From a virus: a stretch of 64,000 bases of DNA. This document shows, piece after piece, positions 10,618 through 21,229 of the stretch; position 1 is the stretch's first letter, and each line of letters starts with the position of its first letter. The notes beneath the pieces were generated by a model. It ran no database searches, had not been told where the DNA came from, and saw only the letters and a list, made by a program, of their open reading frames with translations. The DNA lies in IMG/VR virus record IMGVR_UViG_3300046323_000234. One strand, written 5' to 3'. Made by a program: the position numbers and the translations under genes.

Positions 10618-13600
10618 ATGATTAGAAAAGAAGAACTAGCAGATGTACAAAAGTTTTTGGAAGGATCTTCTGATAAAAAATATATTGTTGCCATTGAAGG
10701 GTATTCATATTATAATTATGTTGAATGTGTAATACATGATCCAGAGAAAGGTAAGTACATCGAGAAGATGGAATATAAACCATTTATATGGTTAAAAGAT
10801 TTACCATCCAATGGTATTAATATATATAAGGATAAGGAGAAAAGGCAAGAAGCTTTGGATAAGTATGGTTTAACTATAAAGAAGTTAAAGACTGGTACAC
10901 AAAGAAGACTTGAACAAGGTTATAAATTTATTATACATAGCACCAAATCATTTAATGCAATAGTTTCATTCTTTAAAGATGAGAATATTGACATATATAG
11001 TGAACAATATAGAGATTTATTCTTTGCAGTAAAGCCAGAAGAACAATTCATGATTCAAAATGGAATTAGATTGTTTAAAGGTTATGAAAAATATAATGAA
11101 GTATATAAATTAACATTCGATATTGAAACCACTGGTCTTTTACCAGAGAACAGTAGGGTTTTTATGATTGGTATTAAAGATAATAAAGGATTTGAACACG
11201 TTTGTAAAATAAAAAAACCAAACGATGATGATGAAGAGAGAAAGATTATAAAACAATTCTTTTATGTATATAATAAATTAAAACCAGCCATTATAACCAC
11301 TTATAATGGTGAAAACTTTGATTTTGAATTTATATTTAAAAGATGTGAACTTTTAGGATTGGATTATATTAATGATATAACAACCACGTTAAATCCAAAC
11401 AAATCCATTAGGAGAAAAGAGAATGCAACTGTTAAATATGGTAATGAAACTGGACATTATACCCAAACAATTGCTTGGGGGTATAATATCATTGATACAA
11501 TACATGCCGCAAAGAAAACAGCAGCCATTAACAAAGAGATTAAAAATGTTAAATTAAAATATTTATGTCAATTTGAAGATATTGCCAAACCAAACCGAAT
11601 GTATATCAATGATGGTGGTAATATCTTTAAATATTGGATTAATAATAAATATTTTTTGATTAATACATCGAATAATAATTATCTACAAATACCAGATGAT
11701 TTACAAGATATTGTTAAAGAATGTATAAATAATGGCACAAATCCATTAGAACATATTGATATTAAATCAATAATTGATAATAGTGAAGAAAAATATAATT
11801 CAATAATAACAGGTTCTGAAATTGTTGATAGATATTTATTGGACGATTTGTGGGAAACTGAAATGTTGGATAACCAATATAATGAATCATCTTTTCTATT
11901 GGCCAAACTAATACCAACAACCTTTTCCAGAGTATGTACAATGGGAACTGCTGCTGTATGGAATTTAATTATGTCGGAATGGTCATATATTAACGATATA
12001 GCGATTCCAATACCTGACGTGGGTGGTAAGAGCAAGAATGAAAAATACGTTGCCATAAGCGAAGAAAGTGGGCAAGAAGATGGTGAAGAAGTTGAGGTTG
12101 ATGAATTTGCTGTACCAGCTAGAGAAGAAAGTGATAGTTTTGATAAAATATCGGGTGGATTGGCAAGGGCTTATAGGATTGGATATGCTGAATCAATCCT
12201 AAAACTTGACTTTGCATCTCTATATCCATCAATCCAATTAACACATGGTGTATTTCCAAATATCGATATAACCAATCAATTAAAGAAGATTCTTTTATAT
12301 TTGAAAATAACCAGAGATGAATATAAATATTTATCAAATGATACTTCATTGGATGACATTTCAAGACAGTTTTATAAAACAAAACAGTTACCAATTAAAA
12401 TATTAAACAACTCACTATTTGGTGCGTTGGGTTCTGGTGTGGCATTTAGATGGTCAGATAATGATGTTGCATATAGAATTACAACTACTGGTAGAGTTTA
12501 TTTAAGACAATTAATAGATTGGTTTTATAAAAGACAATTCTTGCCTTTACTTGCAGTAACCGATGGTGTTAACTTTTCAATTCCATCAATGGTGGATATT
12601 GATATAAATCTAAACAAATTGGATAAAATGATACCAATCAATGATATTATTTATATTGATAAAAATGGTAAAGAACATAAAGGTGTTAATGCATATGTTG
12701 AAAAATATAACACTGAAGTTATGAATGGTGATTTCATGAAAATTGATCACGATGGTGAATGGAAGTCAACACTAATCCTATCAAGAATTAACTATGCCAA
12801 TTTAACATATGAAAGTATCGATAAGAAAAGTGGAAAAGTAAAACCACCAAAGATTAAGCTTACTGGTAATACAATCAAATCCAATACCATGCCTGAATAT
12901 ATTGAAGATTATATTAATGTGGCTATGAAGCATATTTTGGAAAATAAGCCAGATTTATTTATTGAGCATTATTATGAATATCTTGCAAAGATATATTACA
13001 TGCAAATCCCATTAAAAAAGATTGCAAATAAGGGTAGGGTTAAGATGAGTATTAAATCTTATAAGAATAGAGGTTTAAATAAAAACGGTAAAGAGAAGGG
13101 AAAACAAGCCCATATGGAATTATTAATAAATGCTAATATACCATATGAAGTTGGTGATTTAATATATTATGTTAATACTGGAACTGTAAAATCACACGGA
13201 GATTCGAAAATCATCAAAGATAAAGTAACCAAAGAACTTAGAATGGCATCTGAAATGATTGATGGTAAACAATTGGAGCAAAATCCAACTATGTTAGGTA
13301 AATACAATATTGCAAAATATATTGATAATTTTAATAAGAGGGTTGAAAAGATTTTGGTTGGATTTAGTGAAAATGTTAGAAATACACTATTAAAATCAGA
13401 TCCTACATTAAGAGAATATTATACCGATTTGGATTTGAAGTTATATTGCCATGAAAAGGATAATATTGAAGAATCTATGTTCTTGGAACAAAAAGAAATT
13501 GAATTTTGGCAAAAAACTGGATTTAATCCATATCTAATAACCGATGTCTTTAAATTACCAGAGGGTGTTGATTTGATGTATAATGAATATGCTAAAGTAA

Positions 13601-13782
13601 TTAATTATATTAATAATAAACTTCAACCAATGGGTAAAGTGGCTGTGGATGTAAATTCAGATCCAATAGAAGATAATTTTATGGTTATAAAAAAAGGAAA
13701 TGATTATGAAATCCATTTATATAAAGAAGGATATCTTAGAAAAGTAAAACAAATTAATACTGAACCAATATTTGCAGACTAA
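10618..13782 (+). CDS. Family B DNA polymerase with 3'-5' exonuclease
   Basis: ExoI FDIETTG, ExoII YNGENFDF, ExoIII YLLDD, motif A LDFASLYPS, motif B KILNNSLFG, variant motif C AVTDG. Confidence 0.92.
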   Translation: MIRKEELADVQKFLEGSSDKKYIVAIEGYSYYNYVECVIHDPEKGKYIEKMEYKPFIWLKDLPSNGINIYKDKEKRQEALDKYGLTIKKLKTGTQRRLEQGYKFIIHSTKSFNAIVSFFKDENIDIYSEQYRDLFFAVKPEEQFMIQNGIRLFKGYEKYNEVYKLTFDIETTGLLPENSRVFMIGIKDNKGFEHVCKIKKPNDDDEERKIIKQFFYVYNKLKPAIITTYNGENFDFEFIFKRCELLGLDYINDITTTLNPNKSIRRKENATVKYGNETGHYTQTIAWGYNIIDTIHAAKKTAAINKEIKNVKLKYLCQFEDIAKPNRMYINDGGNIFKYWINNKYFLINTSNNNYLQIPDDLQDIVKECINNGTNPLEHIDIKSIIDNSEEKYNSIITGSEIVDRYLLDDLWETEMLDNQYNESSFLLAKLIPTTFSRVCTMGTAAVWNLIMSEWSYINDIAIPIPDVGGKSKNEKYVAISEESGQEDGEEVEVDEFAVPAREESDSFDKISGGLARAYRIGYAESILKLDFASLYPSIQLTHGVFPNIDITNQLKKILLYLKITRDEYKYLSNDTSLDDISRQFYKTKQLPIKILNNSLFGALGSGVAFRWSDNDVAYRITTTGRVYLRQLIDWFYKRQFLPLLAVTDGVNFSIPSMVDIDINLNKLDKMIPINDIIYIDKNGKEHKGVNAYVEKYNTEVMNGDFMKIDHDGEWKSTLILSRINYANLTYESIDKKSGKVKPPKIKLTGNTIKSNTMPEYIEDYINVAMKHILENKPDLFIEHYYEYLAKIYYMQIPLKKIANKGRVKMSIKSYKNRGLNKNGKEKGKQAHMELLINANIPYEVGDLIYYVNTGTVKSHGDSKIIKDKVTKELRMASEMIDGKQLEQNPTMLGKYNIAKYIDNFNKRVEKILVGFSENVRNTLLKSDPTLREYYTDLDLKLYCHEKDNIEESMFLEQKEIEFWQKTGFNPYLITDVFKLPEGVDLMYNEYAKVINYINNKLQPMGKVAVDVNSDPIEDNFMVIKKGNDYEIHLYKEGYLRKVKQINTEPIFAD

Positions 13783-14225
13783 TGCTTTGTGGTTATATAA
13801 ATCAAATATATGATATAATTCACCAATCATTAATTGATGATGAATTTTCATATTCAGAAAAAATAAAATCGGATATGGATGATTTATTAAACTCACTTAA
13901 AGTTGTTGTAGTTCCAGAATATCCGAGTTCAATATTTTACGTAAACGATAAAGATGTTGTTTTTGAATATGAACATAAAATTAATTTCAATTTTAGATCA
14001 GTTTGGGGCAATGATATTATATTATTTAATTCACCAGACAGTCCATTAGGCTTTTTATTAGATAATAATAAATCCAATTCTGTTATATATAGAGTTTTGG
14101 AAAAAATTATTCGGAGAATGGAATTCCAAGAATTTGATATGCTAGTTGTTAATAGGATTGATTATATTGAAATGGATAGATCATGGGAATTTATTAAATC
14201 AAAATTAGCAAACAATTCACTTTAA
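13782..14225 (+). CDS. Hypothetical protein, dispersed MLCxYINxIY paralog family
   Basis: N-terminus MLCGYINQIYDIIHQSLIDDEFSY shared with ORFs at 27597, 28145, 29121, 49325, 53794. Confidence 0.6.
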   Translation: MLCGYINQIYDIIHQSLIDDEFSYSEKIKSDMDDLLNSLKVVVVPEYPSSIFYVNDKDVVFEYEHKINFNFRSVWGNDIILFNSPDSPLGFLLDNNKSNSVIYRVLEKIIRRMEFQEFDMLVVNRIDYIEMDRSWEFIKSKLANNSL

Positions 14226-14258
14226 CAATATAAACTATTTATAAGTAAAGTTATAAAA

Positions 14259-14909
14259 ATGCGAATCAAAGAAGTTTTAGATAAGAATTTAAATTTGTCA
14301 GTTGACAACGATAAACCAGTAGCTGGTGATAATTTGGAGACAATGGCTGATAAAACAACTGATTATAATGTTGGTGTTGGTAGACAAAATTATAATGATA
14401 ATTTTATTGGTCAGTTTGGATCATATTTCTTTGAAGATGATAGTGATAAACATTCCACAAAACTAATAGACGTTTTTGCAAAGCAACAATTTGAAAGATA
14501 TAAAGAAATATTAAACTATTTTATTAAAAATATTTCAAAAGAAAATATATTGGAGTGGAAGAAAACAGCATCTAAATCATTTGATAGTTTATCCGATAAA
14601 GAAAAAGAATCTGATTATAAATGGGCAAATAAAAATGTTGAAGCTTTAATGAAATATCTTAAAGAACAACATGATGGGATTGAAGAGAAGAAAATGAATG
14701 AGGATATTGTCACTAAAAATGATAATGATTTAATCTTAAAAGATAAAATAAAATTAACATTATCTGATATAAAAAATGATAAGGTTAGAGACTCTGTTAA
14801 AAAGCTTATTAATACAATCAGAAAAGAAGGTAATGGTATCGATGTTAACCAAATCAAAGATATTATTGCCAATATAAATGATGTTGTTGAATCCAAAATG
14901 AACAAATAA
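14259..14909 (+). CDS. Hypothetical late protein
   Basis: 216 aa, late motif at 14235. Confidence 0.55.
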   Translation: MRIKEVLDKNLNLSVDNDKPVAGDNLETMADKTTDYNVGVGRQNYNDNFIGQFGSYFFEDDSDKHSTKLIDVFAKQQFERYKEILNYFIKNISKENILEWKKTASKSFDSLSDKEKESDYKWANKNVEALMKYLKEQHDGIEEKKMNEDIVTKNDNDLILKDKIKLTLSDIKNDKVRDSVKKLINTIRKEGNGIDVNQIKDIIANINDVVESKMNK

Positions 14910-14911
14910 TA

Positions 14912-15715
14912 ATGAACAAGGATCTTTATAACAATACATATTCAGTGCCAGATCATGTTCTAAAGAATATTGAATTGGCAATAAATCATCATAAACCATC
15001 TGAAGACCATGCTGGATATGAGAGGGGAAGTAATACACTAAAAGAAAAAACTTTAACATATCAAAACCTAAAGAGATTAAAAAATTATTTTGATAATATA
15101 GATAAAGAGGGTTTTGATCAAATAGAATTTGATTTGAATGGCGGTGAGAATATGAAGAATTTTATAAATGATACATTATCAACAGAAAGAAATAAAGTTA
15201 AAACAAGTAAAGAGAATAAATCCGATTATGCTCAAATGGATAATCAGTTTAGAAAAACACACACTAAAGATGGTGTGAATGAAGATTTTAATATTGGTAA
15301 AATTGTTGAAAAAATTGTAATGGAAAAAATGGATGAGGTTAAAAGGGTATCTATTGCTATTATTATTGATAATAACGATAAATATTTTTTGGCGCAAAGA
15401 GAACCAAACGATGACTGGATGCCAAGTAAGTGGGCTTTTGTCGGTGGAACTGGTGAACCAAATGAAACACCAGAACAAACACTATATAGAGAACTTAAAG
15501 AAGAAATATCTGTCACACCTAAATGGTTTGAAAAGAAAGATGCATTCCATAATCGAGAAACCAATACAATCGAAACGTTGTTCTTGGTTAAACTAAATGA
15601 AGGATATATTAAACTTGATTATGAACATACAAATTTCGGTTGGTTTACAATAAAAGAAATACACCAATTAGATACTGTACCAAAGATTTTGGATTATATT
15701 TTAAAAACTAAGTAA
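14912..15715 (+). CDS. Two-domain protein with C-terminal NUDIX hydrolase
   Basis: WAFVGGTGEPNETPEQTLYRELKEE Nudix box. Confidence 0.8.
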   Translation: MNKDLYNNTYSVPDHVLKNIELAINHHKPSEDHAGYERGSNTLKEKTLTYQNLKRLKNYFDNIDKEGFDQIEFDLNGGENMKNFINDTLSTERNKVKTSKENKSDYAQMDNQFRKTHTKDGVNEDFNIGKIVEKIVMEKMDEVKRVSIAIIIDNNDKYFLAQREPNDDWMPSKWAFVGGTGEPNETPEQTLYRELKEEISVTPKWFEKKDAFHNRETNTIETLFLVKLNEGYIKLDYEHTNFGWFTIKEIHQLDTVPKILDYILKTK

Positions 15716-15722
15716 TACCATT

Positions 15723-16232
15723 ATGAATATTAAAAATATTATTAATGAAGAACTTGGTAAGTTAAATATTGAATGCCCACTATTTGATTTAAATGATGAA
15801 GTTATTAATTATATTAAAAAGTTTAAATCAGATGAGGATTTATTAAGATCTGGTGGTTTACCAATCCAAATATTGGATAGATTGGCTTATGGTTTTTCAA
15901 GCGATGATATTAAAACATTAAATCCAAACCAATTATCAATTAAATGGAAAGAGGATTGGAGTGGTATTAAGTATGAACAACAAAAATCTGGATTATCGCC
16001 ATTGGATTGGTCAAAGAAAATAAATCTATCAGAACCAATCCAAGTATCATATCAAAACGGAAAATTTTATGTTGAAGATGGTCACCATAGAACATACGCT
16101 GCAAAAATATTGAAGAAACCATTAAATGTGGAATTGGAAATTAAAGATAATCCAATAAATAAATTAACTAATGAAAAACTTGGTTACGATGAATTTCATA
16201 GGTGCTTATTCAAACAAGTTATAAATAATTAA
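15723..16232 (+). CDS. ParB/Srx-like nuclease domain protein
   Basis: PIQV...VEDGHHRTYAA; N-terminal MNIKNIINEEL leader. Confidence 0.65.
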   Translation: MNIKNIINEELGKLNIECPLFDLNDEVINYIKKFKSDEDLLRSGGLPIQILDRLAYGFSSDDIKTLNPNQLSIKWKEDWSGIKYEQQKSGLSPLDWSKKINLSEPIQVSYQNGKFYVEDGHHRTYAAKILKKPLNVELEIKDNPINKLTNEKLGYDEFHRCLFKQVINN

Positions 16233-16254
16233 CTATTTATAATAAATAACTAAT

Positions 16255-16494
16255 ATGGCAGGTTTACAAACAACACAAAAACAATTTAGAGATGCATTAG
16301 TGGCAAAAAATACATATTCAACATCTGATGAATATAATGTAGGCCATGAAAATGCACTATCAACTGGTGATGAACTAGGTAAAGGCGAAACTAATTCGAT
16401 TGGTTCAGCAACAGATATTGCAAAAAGAAATACTCTAATTTCAAAAAATAAGTTCTCAAAATCTAGAGAATACGGAATTCAAGATACTTTATAA
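16255..16494 (+). CDS. Small late protein
   Basis: 79 aa, late motif at 16233. Confidence 0.55.
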   Translation: MAGLQTTQKQFRDALVAKNTYSTSDEYNVGHENALSTGDELGKGETNSIGSATDIAKRNTLISKNKFSKSREYGIQDTL

Positions 16495-16499
16495 TATTA

Positions 16500-17279
16500 A
16501 TGGATTTAAATGTTGACTCAATTTATAAAGTTTTATTAACTGAGGCAATAGAAAAGGGTAAGGTAATTGACGCTATAAAGACAAATACCGAAGTTACTAT
16601 TTTCTATGCTGGTGATAGAACTATTAATAAAGGTTATAGAGTTATACAACCATTCTGTTTTGGTGTAAACCAAAATGGTAATCCATGCATTAGAGCTTGG
16701 CAAAGAACTGGTACGTCTGATACACCAAATGGGAAACCAAATGATGATTTAAGTAGAATGCCAGGATGGAGAATGTTTAGATTGGATGGTATTTCAACAT
16801 TCAATAAAACATCTAATAAGTTTGATATATCAAAAAGTAGATTGGATTCAATAAGTTATAATCCAGATGATAAAGATATGGCAACGATTTACGCTGCTGT
16901 AAGTGCATCAATTGGCGGTAATGAGCCATCTGCACAGCAACCAACAAATAAGCCAGTAGCACCACAGAATAAGCCTAATCAGCCATCATTTAAACCATTG
17001 TTTAATAAAGATGGTAATAACGCTAATCAACCAGCTACACAGCAAGGAGATAACCAATCCAATAATACCAATCCAAATACAGCTAATAAGGTTGATAATA
17101 ATCCAAAAGCTGATTCATCAAATAATACTGGTCAATCAAATATGGATAATAAAGTGGATAATAAACCAAATAATAATCAGTCAAATCCAGATAGTAATCA
17201 GACTAGTCCAAATACTGGTATTGGTGGTGGATTTTTCAAGAATTTAAAAGATACTTGGAAAAGATTCTTCAAAGAATAA
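16500..17279 (+). CDS. WYL-like domain protein with low-complexity N/Q/P tail
   Basis: VTIFY...RVIQPFCFG...IRAWQ...WRMFRLDGI. Confidence 0.65.
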   Translation: MDLNVDSIYKVLLTEAIEKGKVIDAIKTNTEVTIFYAGDRTINKGYRVIQPFCFGVNQNGNPCIRAWQRTGTSDTPNGKPNDDLSRMPGWRMFRLDGISTFNKTSNKFDISKSRLDSISYNPDDKDMATIYAAVSASIGGNEPSAQQPTNKPVAPQNKPNQPSFKPLFNKDGNNANQPATQQGDNQSNNTNPNTANKVDNNPKADSSNNTGQSNMDNKVDNKPNNNQSNPDSNQTSPNTGIGGGFFKNLKDTWKRFFKE

Positions 17280-17333
17280 TTTTTTTTTCTATAAAAACAA
17301 CTATTTATAAAAAACAATAAAATTTTATAAATT

Positions 17334-17939
17334 ATGGATTTATCACAATATATGGATCAGAGAAAAAGGGAATTGGCCGAAAACCCTGTACCAACACAAG
17401 GTGCGATGAATGAAATGGTTAGTGGAGCATATGTTCCAGATGATATTAAAATAAAGGCAATGGCTGCATTAGCAAATAAGGTTAAATCAGTTATGATTGC
17501 CGTTGATGAAAAGAAAGGTGTAGCACCATCAGCAACACCAATGCAAGCACCATCATCCGAATCAACATTTGGCGCACCATTAAATAGACCAATAGGAAAA
17601 CAGTTATTAACTGAAATGCCAGAACGTGAGGATGCGTTTGAAGCTGCAATGATGAAAAGAACCAATGCTGCTGTAAATGCTAAACAAACACAACAATATT
17701 CTGCACCAGTTAATCCAATCCAAGAATATGCTAATCAAATAATGCAAAAACAAAGTCCTTCACTTGATCATAATATGATAAATGAGATAATTGATAAGAG
17801 ATTTTTAAACATGTCGGATTTGATTAAAGAAGTTGCTAAAGAAACATTGAAAGATGTGATAGTTGATATGTATGTAGAAGAAAAAATCAGAAGTGTGGTA
17901 AAAGATTATCTAATTACATTGCAGAAATCAAAAAAATAA
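17334..17939 (+). CDS. Hypothetical late protein
   Basis: 201 aa, late motif at 17301. Confidence 0.55.
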   Translation: MDLSQYMDQRKRELAENPVPTQGAMNEMVSGAYVPDDIKIKAMAALANKVKSVMIAVDEKKGVAPSATPMQAPSSESTFGAPLNRPIGKQLLTEMPEREDAFEAAMMKRTNAAVNAKQTQQYSAPVNPIQEYANQIMQKQSPSLDHNMINEIIDKRFLNMSDLIKEVAKETLKDVIVDMYVEEKIRSVVKDYLITLQKSKK

Positions 17940-17968
17940 AAACTATTTATATTTATAAAATAGTATAG

Positions 17969-19924
17969 ATGAATAATATTAGTGATTTAGTAACAAATGG
18001 TGATTTTTCAGCATTTTACGATATTTTCAAAGGAAATCAATCCAAAGATAGTCTTTTAGCTACGTTTAATAAACATAGAAATATGTTTGGATTAGCACCA
18101 TTGGAGGTATTATCAGATTCCAATAATATTATTGGTGGTAAGGCTGATAATAAATCTGTCGAAGATTTAATTAATACCTATGTTGATAAATTGAATAAAC
18201 CACATGATGTTGTATATAAATTAATTAATAAACAAATCCAATTGGGTATTGAAACTGAATTGGAGCATACTAATTCAGAAGAATTGGCTAAAGAAATAGC
18301 AATTGATCATATTAGTGAAAATCCATTATATTATACCAAATTAAAAAAATTTGGATTGGCTGATGAATTAAAAGAAACTAGTGATATTAATAAAAGAGAA
18401 ATAAATCCAATCGAATATGGGTGTTTAATGCTTAATCTTAAAGTTAAGAATTGGAATGAATTATTGGATAGGGTTAAACAAGAAGATGTATATGATGAGA
18501 TTGGATTTGGTAAAGAAGATGAACCACATATAACAGTATTATATGGCTTCCATGATAATATCGATGTAGATCTTCTATTGGAAGATGTTAAATCAATAAA
18601 AGAACCAATCCAATATAAATTAACATCTGTTTCATTATTTGAAAATGAATTATATGATGTATTGAAATTCGATGTGGAAAGTGAAGATTTGATTAGATTG
18701 AATAAACACTTCAAGGAGAATTACGAAAATACATCAACATTTCCCAATTATCATCCACATTTAACAATTGCCTATATAAAATCAGGACTTGGAAAGAAAT
18801 ATGTTTTTGATTTAAAAAAATCAATTGAAGGTAAATCTAGCGATTTAACATATTCAACAGTTAATAAGAAAAAACATCATATTAAATTGGATAAAAAAAT
18901 TGATGAAATGATTGGCATAATGCCCAATTCATCACAAGTTGAAATAAAAAAACAATGCAAACTTGGTGGTAAGTCCGACGGAACTAGTGATGCTTGCAAT
19001 CAAGGTGATATTAACAATATTGAATTAACCAAGATCGATGAAACAAATCCAATAATTGAAAAGAAAAAGAATAAAAAATATAAATCAATTCGCAGACCAA
19101 TAATGGGATTATATTATGGTGCTGGTGCTGCTTATAATAATATAAATAATTATGATGGTGTAAGTGATGGTGGTGGAATGGAAGAATCATATGAGTATAA
19201 TTTAAATAATAATATTGAAGATTCGGATATTGGATATGATTTTAAATCTAAAGATGGTTTAGAATATATGGTTAAATTTAGTAAAAAACATAATTTTGGT
19301 AAGTCTGGTGATAATACATATCTAGTATCATTTTTTACAGTAAAAAATAATGTAAAAAATTATTCAAGATTAGAAAATATTACTGATAGTATGGCAGTGA
19401 TGTCAACCATAAAAAATGTAATTAATGATTTTATTAATAAAAATGATAATCCATCATTAGTGTATTCACCAGATGCTAGTAGAAGCAAACATAGAATGGC
19501 CAAAACAAGAATCTATAATGAATTATTTAATAGATTGAACTATACTACACAAGATATTGATAATGGTTACTATATAGCATCACCAAAAAATACATCACAT
19601 CAAAAAACAATTGATGAAAATGAAACAAATAATAGATTTGATTTGGAATATGGATTTTTTGAAATATCTCCAAAATTTTCAACAAATGGTTCATTGTTTG
19701 TAACACATTTGGAATTAAATCAAGAAAGTAGAAATAGAGGTTTGTTTAAATCATTATTAAATGATATTATATCATATGCCAAAGAAAATGAATATACTAA
19801 TATCGTTCTAGAACCAGATATTACAAAAGGTAAAGACTATTATAATAAATTGGTAACATTATATAAAAAATATGGATTTAATGAGATTGAAGATGATCCA
19901 TCATTATTAAAGTTAGATTTTTAA
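17969..19924 (+). CDS. Multidomain polyprotein: DUF5661-like + 2H phosphoesterase (Acb1/T4 gp57B-like) + unknown + GNAT acetyltransferase
   Basis: GIETELEHT..AKEIAIDHISENPLYY; YGCLML..EPHITVLYG..YHPHLTIAY (two HxT); RNRGLFKSLL..LVTLYKKYGF. Confidence 0.7.
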   Translation: MNNISDLVTNGDFSAFYDIFKGNQSKDSLLATFNKHRNMFGLAPLEVLSDSNNIIGGKADNKSVEDLINTYVDKLNKPHDVVYKLINKQIQLGIETELEHTNSEELAKEIAIDHISENPLYYTKLKKFGLADELKETSDINKREINPIEYGCLMLNLKVKNWNELLDRVKQEDVYDEIGFGKEDEPHITVLYGFHDNIDVDLLLEDVKSIKEPIQYKLTSVSLFENELYDVLKFDVESEDLIRLNKHFKENYENTSTFPNYHPHLTIAYIKSGLGKKYVFDLKKSIEGKSSDLTYSTVNKKKHHIKLDKKIDEMIGIMPNSSQVEIKKQCKLGGKSDGTSDACNQGDINNIELTKIDETNPIIEKKKNKKYKSIRRPIMGLYYGAGAAYNNINNYDGVSDGGGMEESYEYNLNNNIEDSDIGYDFKSKDGLEYMVKFSKKHNFGKSGDNTYLVSFFTVKNNVKNYSRLENITDSMAVMSTIKNVINDFINKNDNPSLVYSPDASRSKHRMAKTRIYNELFNRLNYTTQDIDNGYYIASPKNTSHQKTIDENETNNRFDLEYGFFEISPKFSTNGSLFVTHLELNQESRNRGLFKSLLNDIISYAKENEYTNIVLEPDITKGKDYYNKLVTLYKKYGFNEIEDDPSLLKLDF

Positions 19925-19928
19925 ATAA

Positions 19929-21185
19929 ATGGCTAATATATATTTCAGTAAAAACGGCACATGGTATGATGCTTGCGATAGTTCAATATCCAAGAGTGGT
20001 ACTTGGTATGATTTATCATCCGTAGGTGGTTTTTCTGTATGTAAAAATGGTGTTTGGTATACTAATGAGTGTACATTCATTATACCAGCATTAGGTGGTT
20101 TTGATAATTTAATTAGAGAAATTACATATAAAAATAATAAATATTATATTGGTGGTGATTTTACAACATATAGTGGTACTACCACACCAACAGGAATAAC
20201 TAAAAATAGGTTTATTGTATTAAATTCGGATGGTAGTATTGATAATACTGTTGAAATTGGGGATGGATTTAATAATACAATTAGAACAATATCATTTGAT
20301 AATACAAAAATTTTAATCGGTGGACAATTTACTACATACAGTGGTGTAACGTATAATAGAATCATTAAATTAAATTCTAATGGTTCAATTGATAATACGT
20401 TTCAGATTGGAAATGGAATACAAGCTGGTGCAAATGCTGTTTTAAATTTTTTAAAAACTGCTGATAATGGTTATATTGTTACTGGTGACTTTGAAACATA
20501 TAGCGGCATTACTAAAGGAAATATTGTAAAAATATTTAATAATGGTGAAATTGATAGCACATTTAAAATGGGTGTTGGTGTTGATGATGCTAATGATGTA
20601 ATTAATTCAATATCTATTGATAGTTCTGATAGAATATTAGTTGCAGGTAGATTTAGTACATATAGTGGTCTTACAGTAAATAACATATTTAGAATTAATT
20701 CAGATGGTTCAATTGATAATACTTTCCCATTAAATGGTACAAATAATAGTGTTAGTAATGTTGATATTGATTCGGATGGAAATATATATCTTGCTGGTGT
20801 TTTTAGTTCATATAGTGGTATAACGTATGATAATTTAGTTAAATTAAAGTCAAATGGATATCCTGATGAAAGTTTTATTAATTATGGATTTAGTGGTACA
20901 ATTAATTCAATCAAAACACAAACCAATAATAAATTATTGGTGGGAGGTTCAATAACATCATATAGTGGTATTTCTGTAAATGGTTTGGTTAGATTAAATA
21001 GTAATGGCGATTTTGATCACACGTTAAATATTAATGATGGTTTTAATTTTGGTAGTATTGTTCGTGTAATTGAAACAATTGGTAATGACAAGATTATAAT
21101 GGGCGGTACTTTTTCTACATATAATAATGAATTAGCTAGAAATATTGTATTAATCTCATCTGGTGGTACTAGAATTTCAACATAA
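19929..21185 (+). CDS. Delta-60/DUF5122 beta-propeller repeat virion protein
   Basis: About 7 repeats of KILIGGxFTTYSG..NRIIKLNSDGSIDNTF. Confidence 0.8.
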   Translation: MANIYFSKNGTWYDACDSSISKSGTWYDLSSVGGFSVCKNGVWYTNECTFIIPALGGFDNLIREITYKNNKYYIGGDFTTYSGTTTPTGITKNRFIVLNSDGSIDNTVEIGDGFNNTIRTISFDNTKILIGGQFTTYSGVTYNRIIKLNSNGSIDNTFQIGNGIQAGANAVLNFLKTADNGYIVTGDFETYSGITKGNIVKIFNNGEIDSTFKMGVGVDDANDVINSISIDSSDRILVAGRFSTYSGLTVNNIFRINSDGSIDNTFPLNGTNNSVSNVDIDSDGNIYLAGVFSSYSGITYDNLVKLKSNGYPDESFINYGFSGTINSIKTQTNNKLLVGGSITSYSGISVNGLVRLNSNGDFDHTLNINDGFNFGSIVRVIETIGNDKIIMGGTFSTYNNELARNIVLISSGGTRIST

Positions 21186-21229
21186 TTAATAATATATTTA
21201 AAACTATTTATATAAAAGAAATTTAATTA

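Noticed and set aside
10618-13782. Intein or intron in the DNA polymerase
   Set aside because: Insertions are short and lack intein C/S...HN termini or homing-endonuclease motifs.
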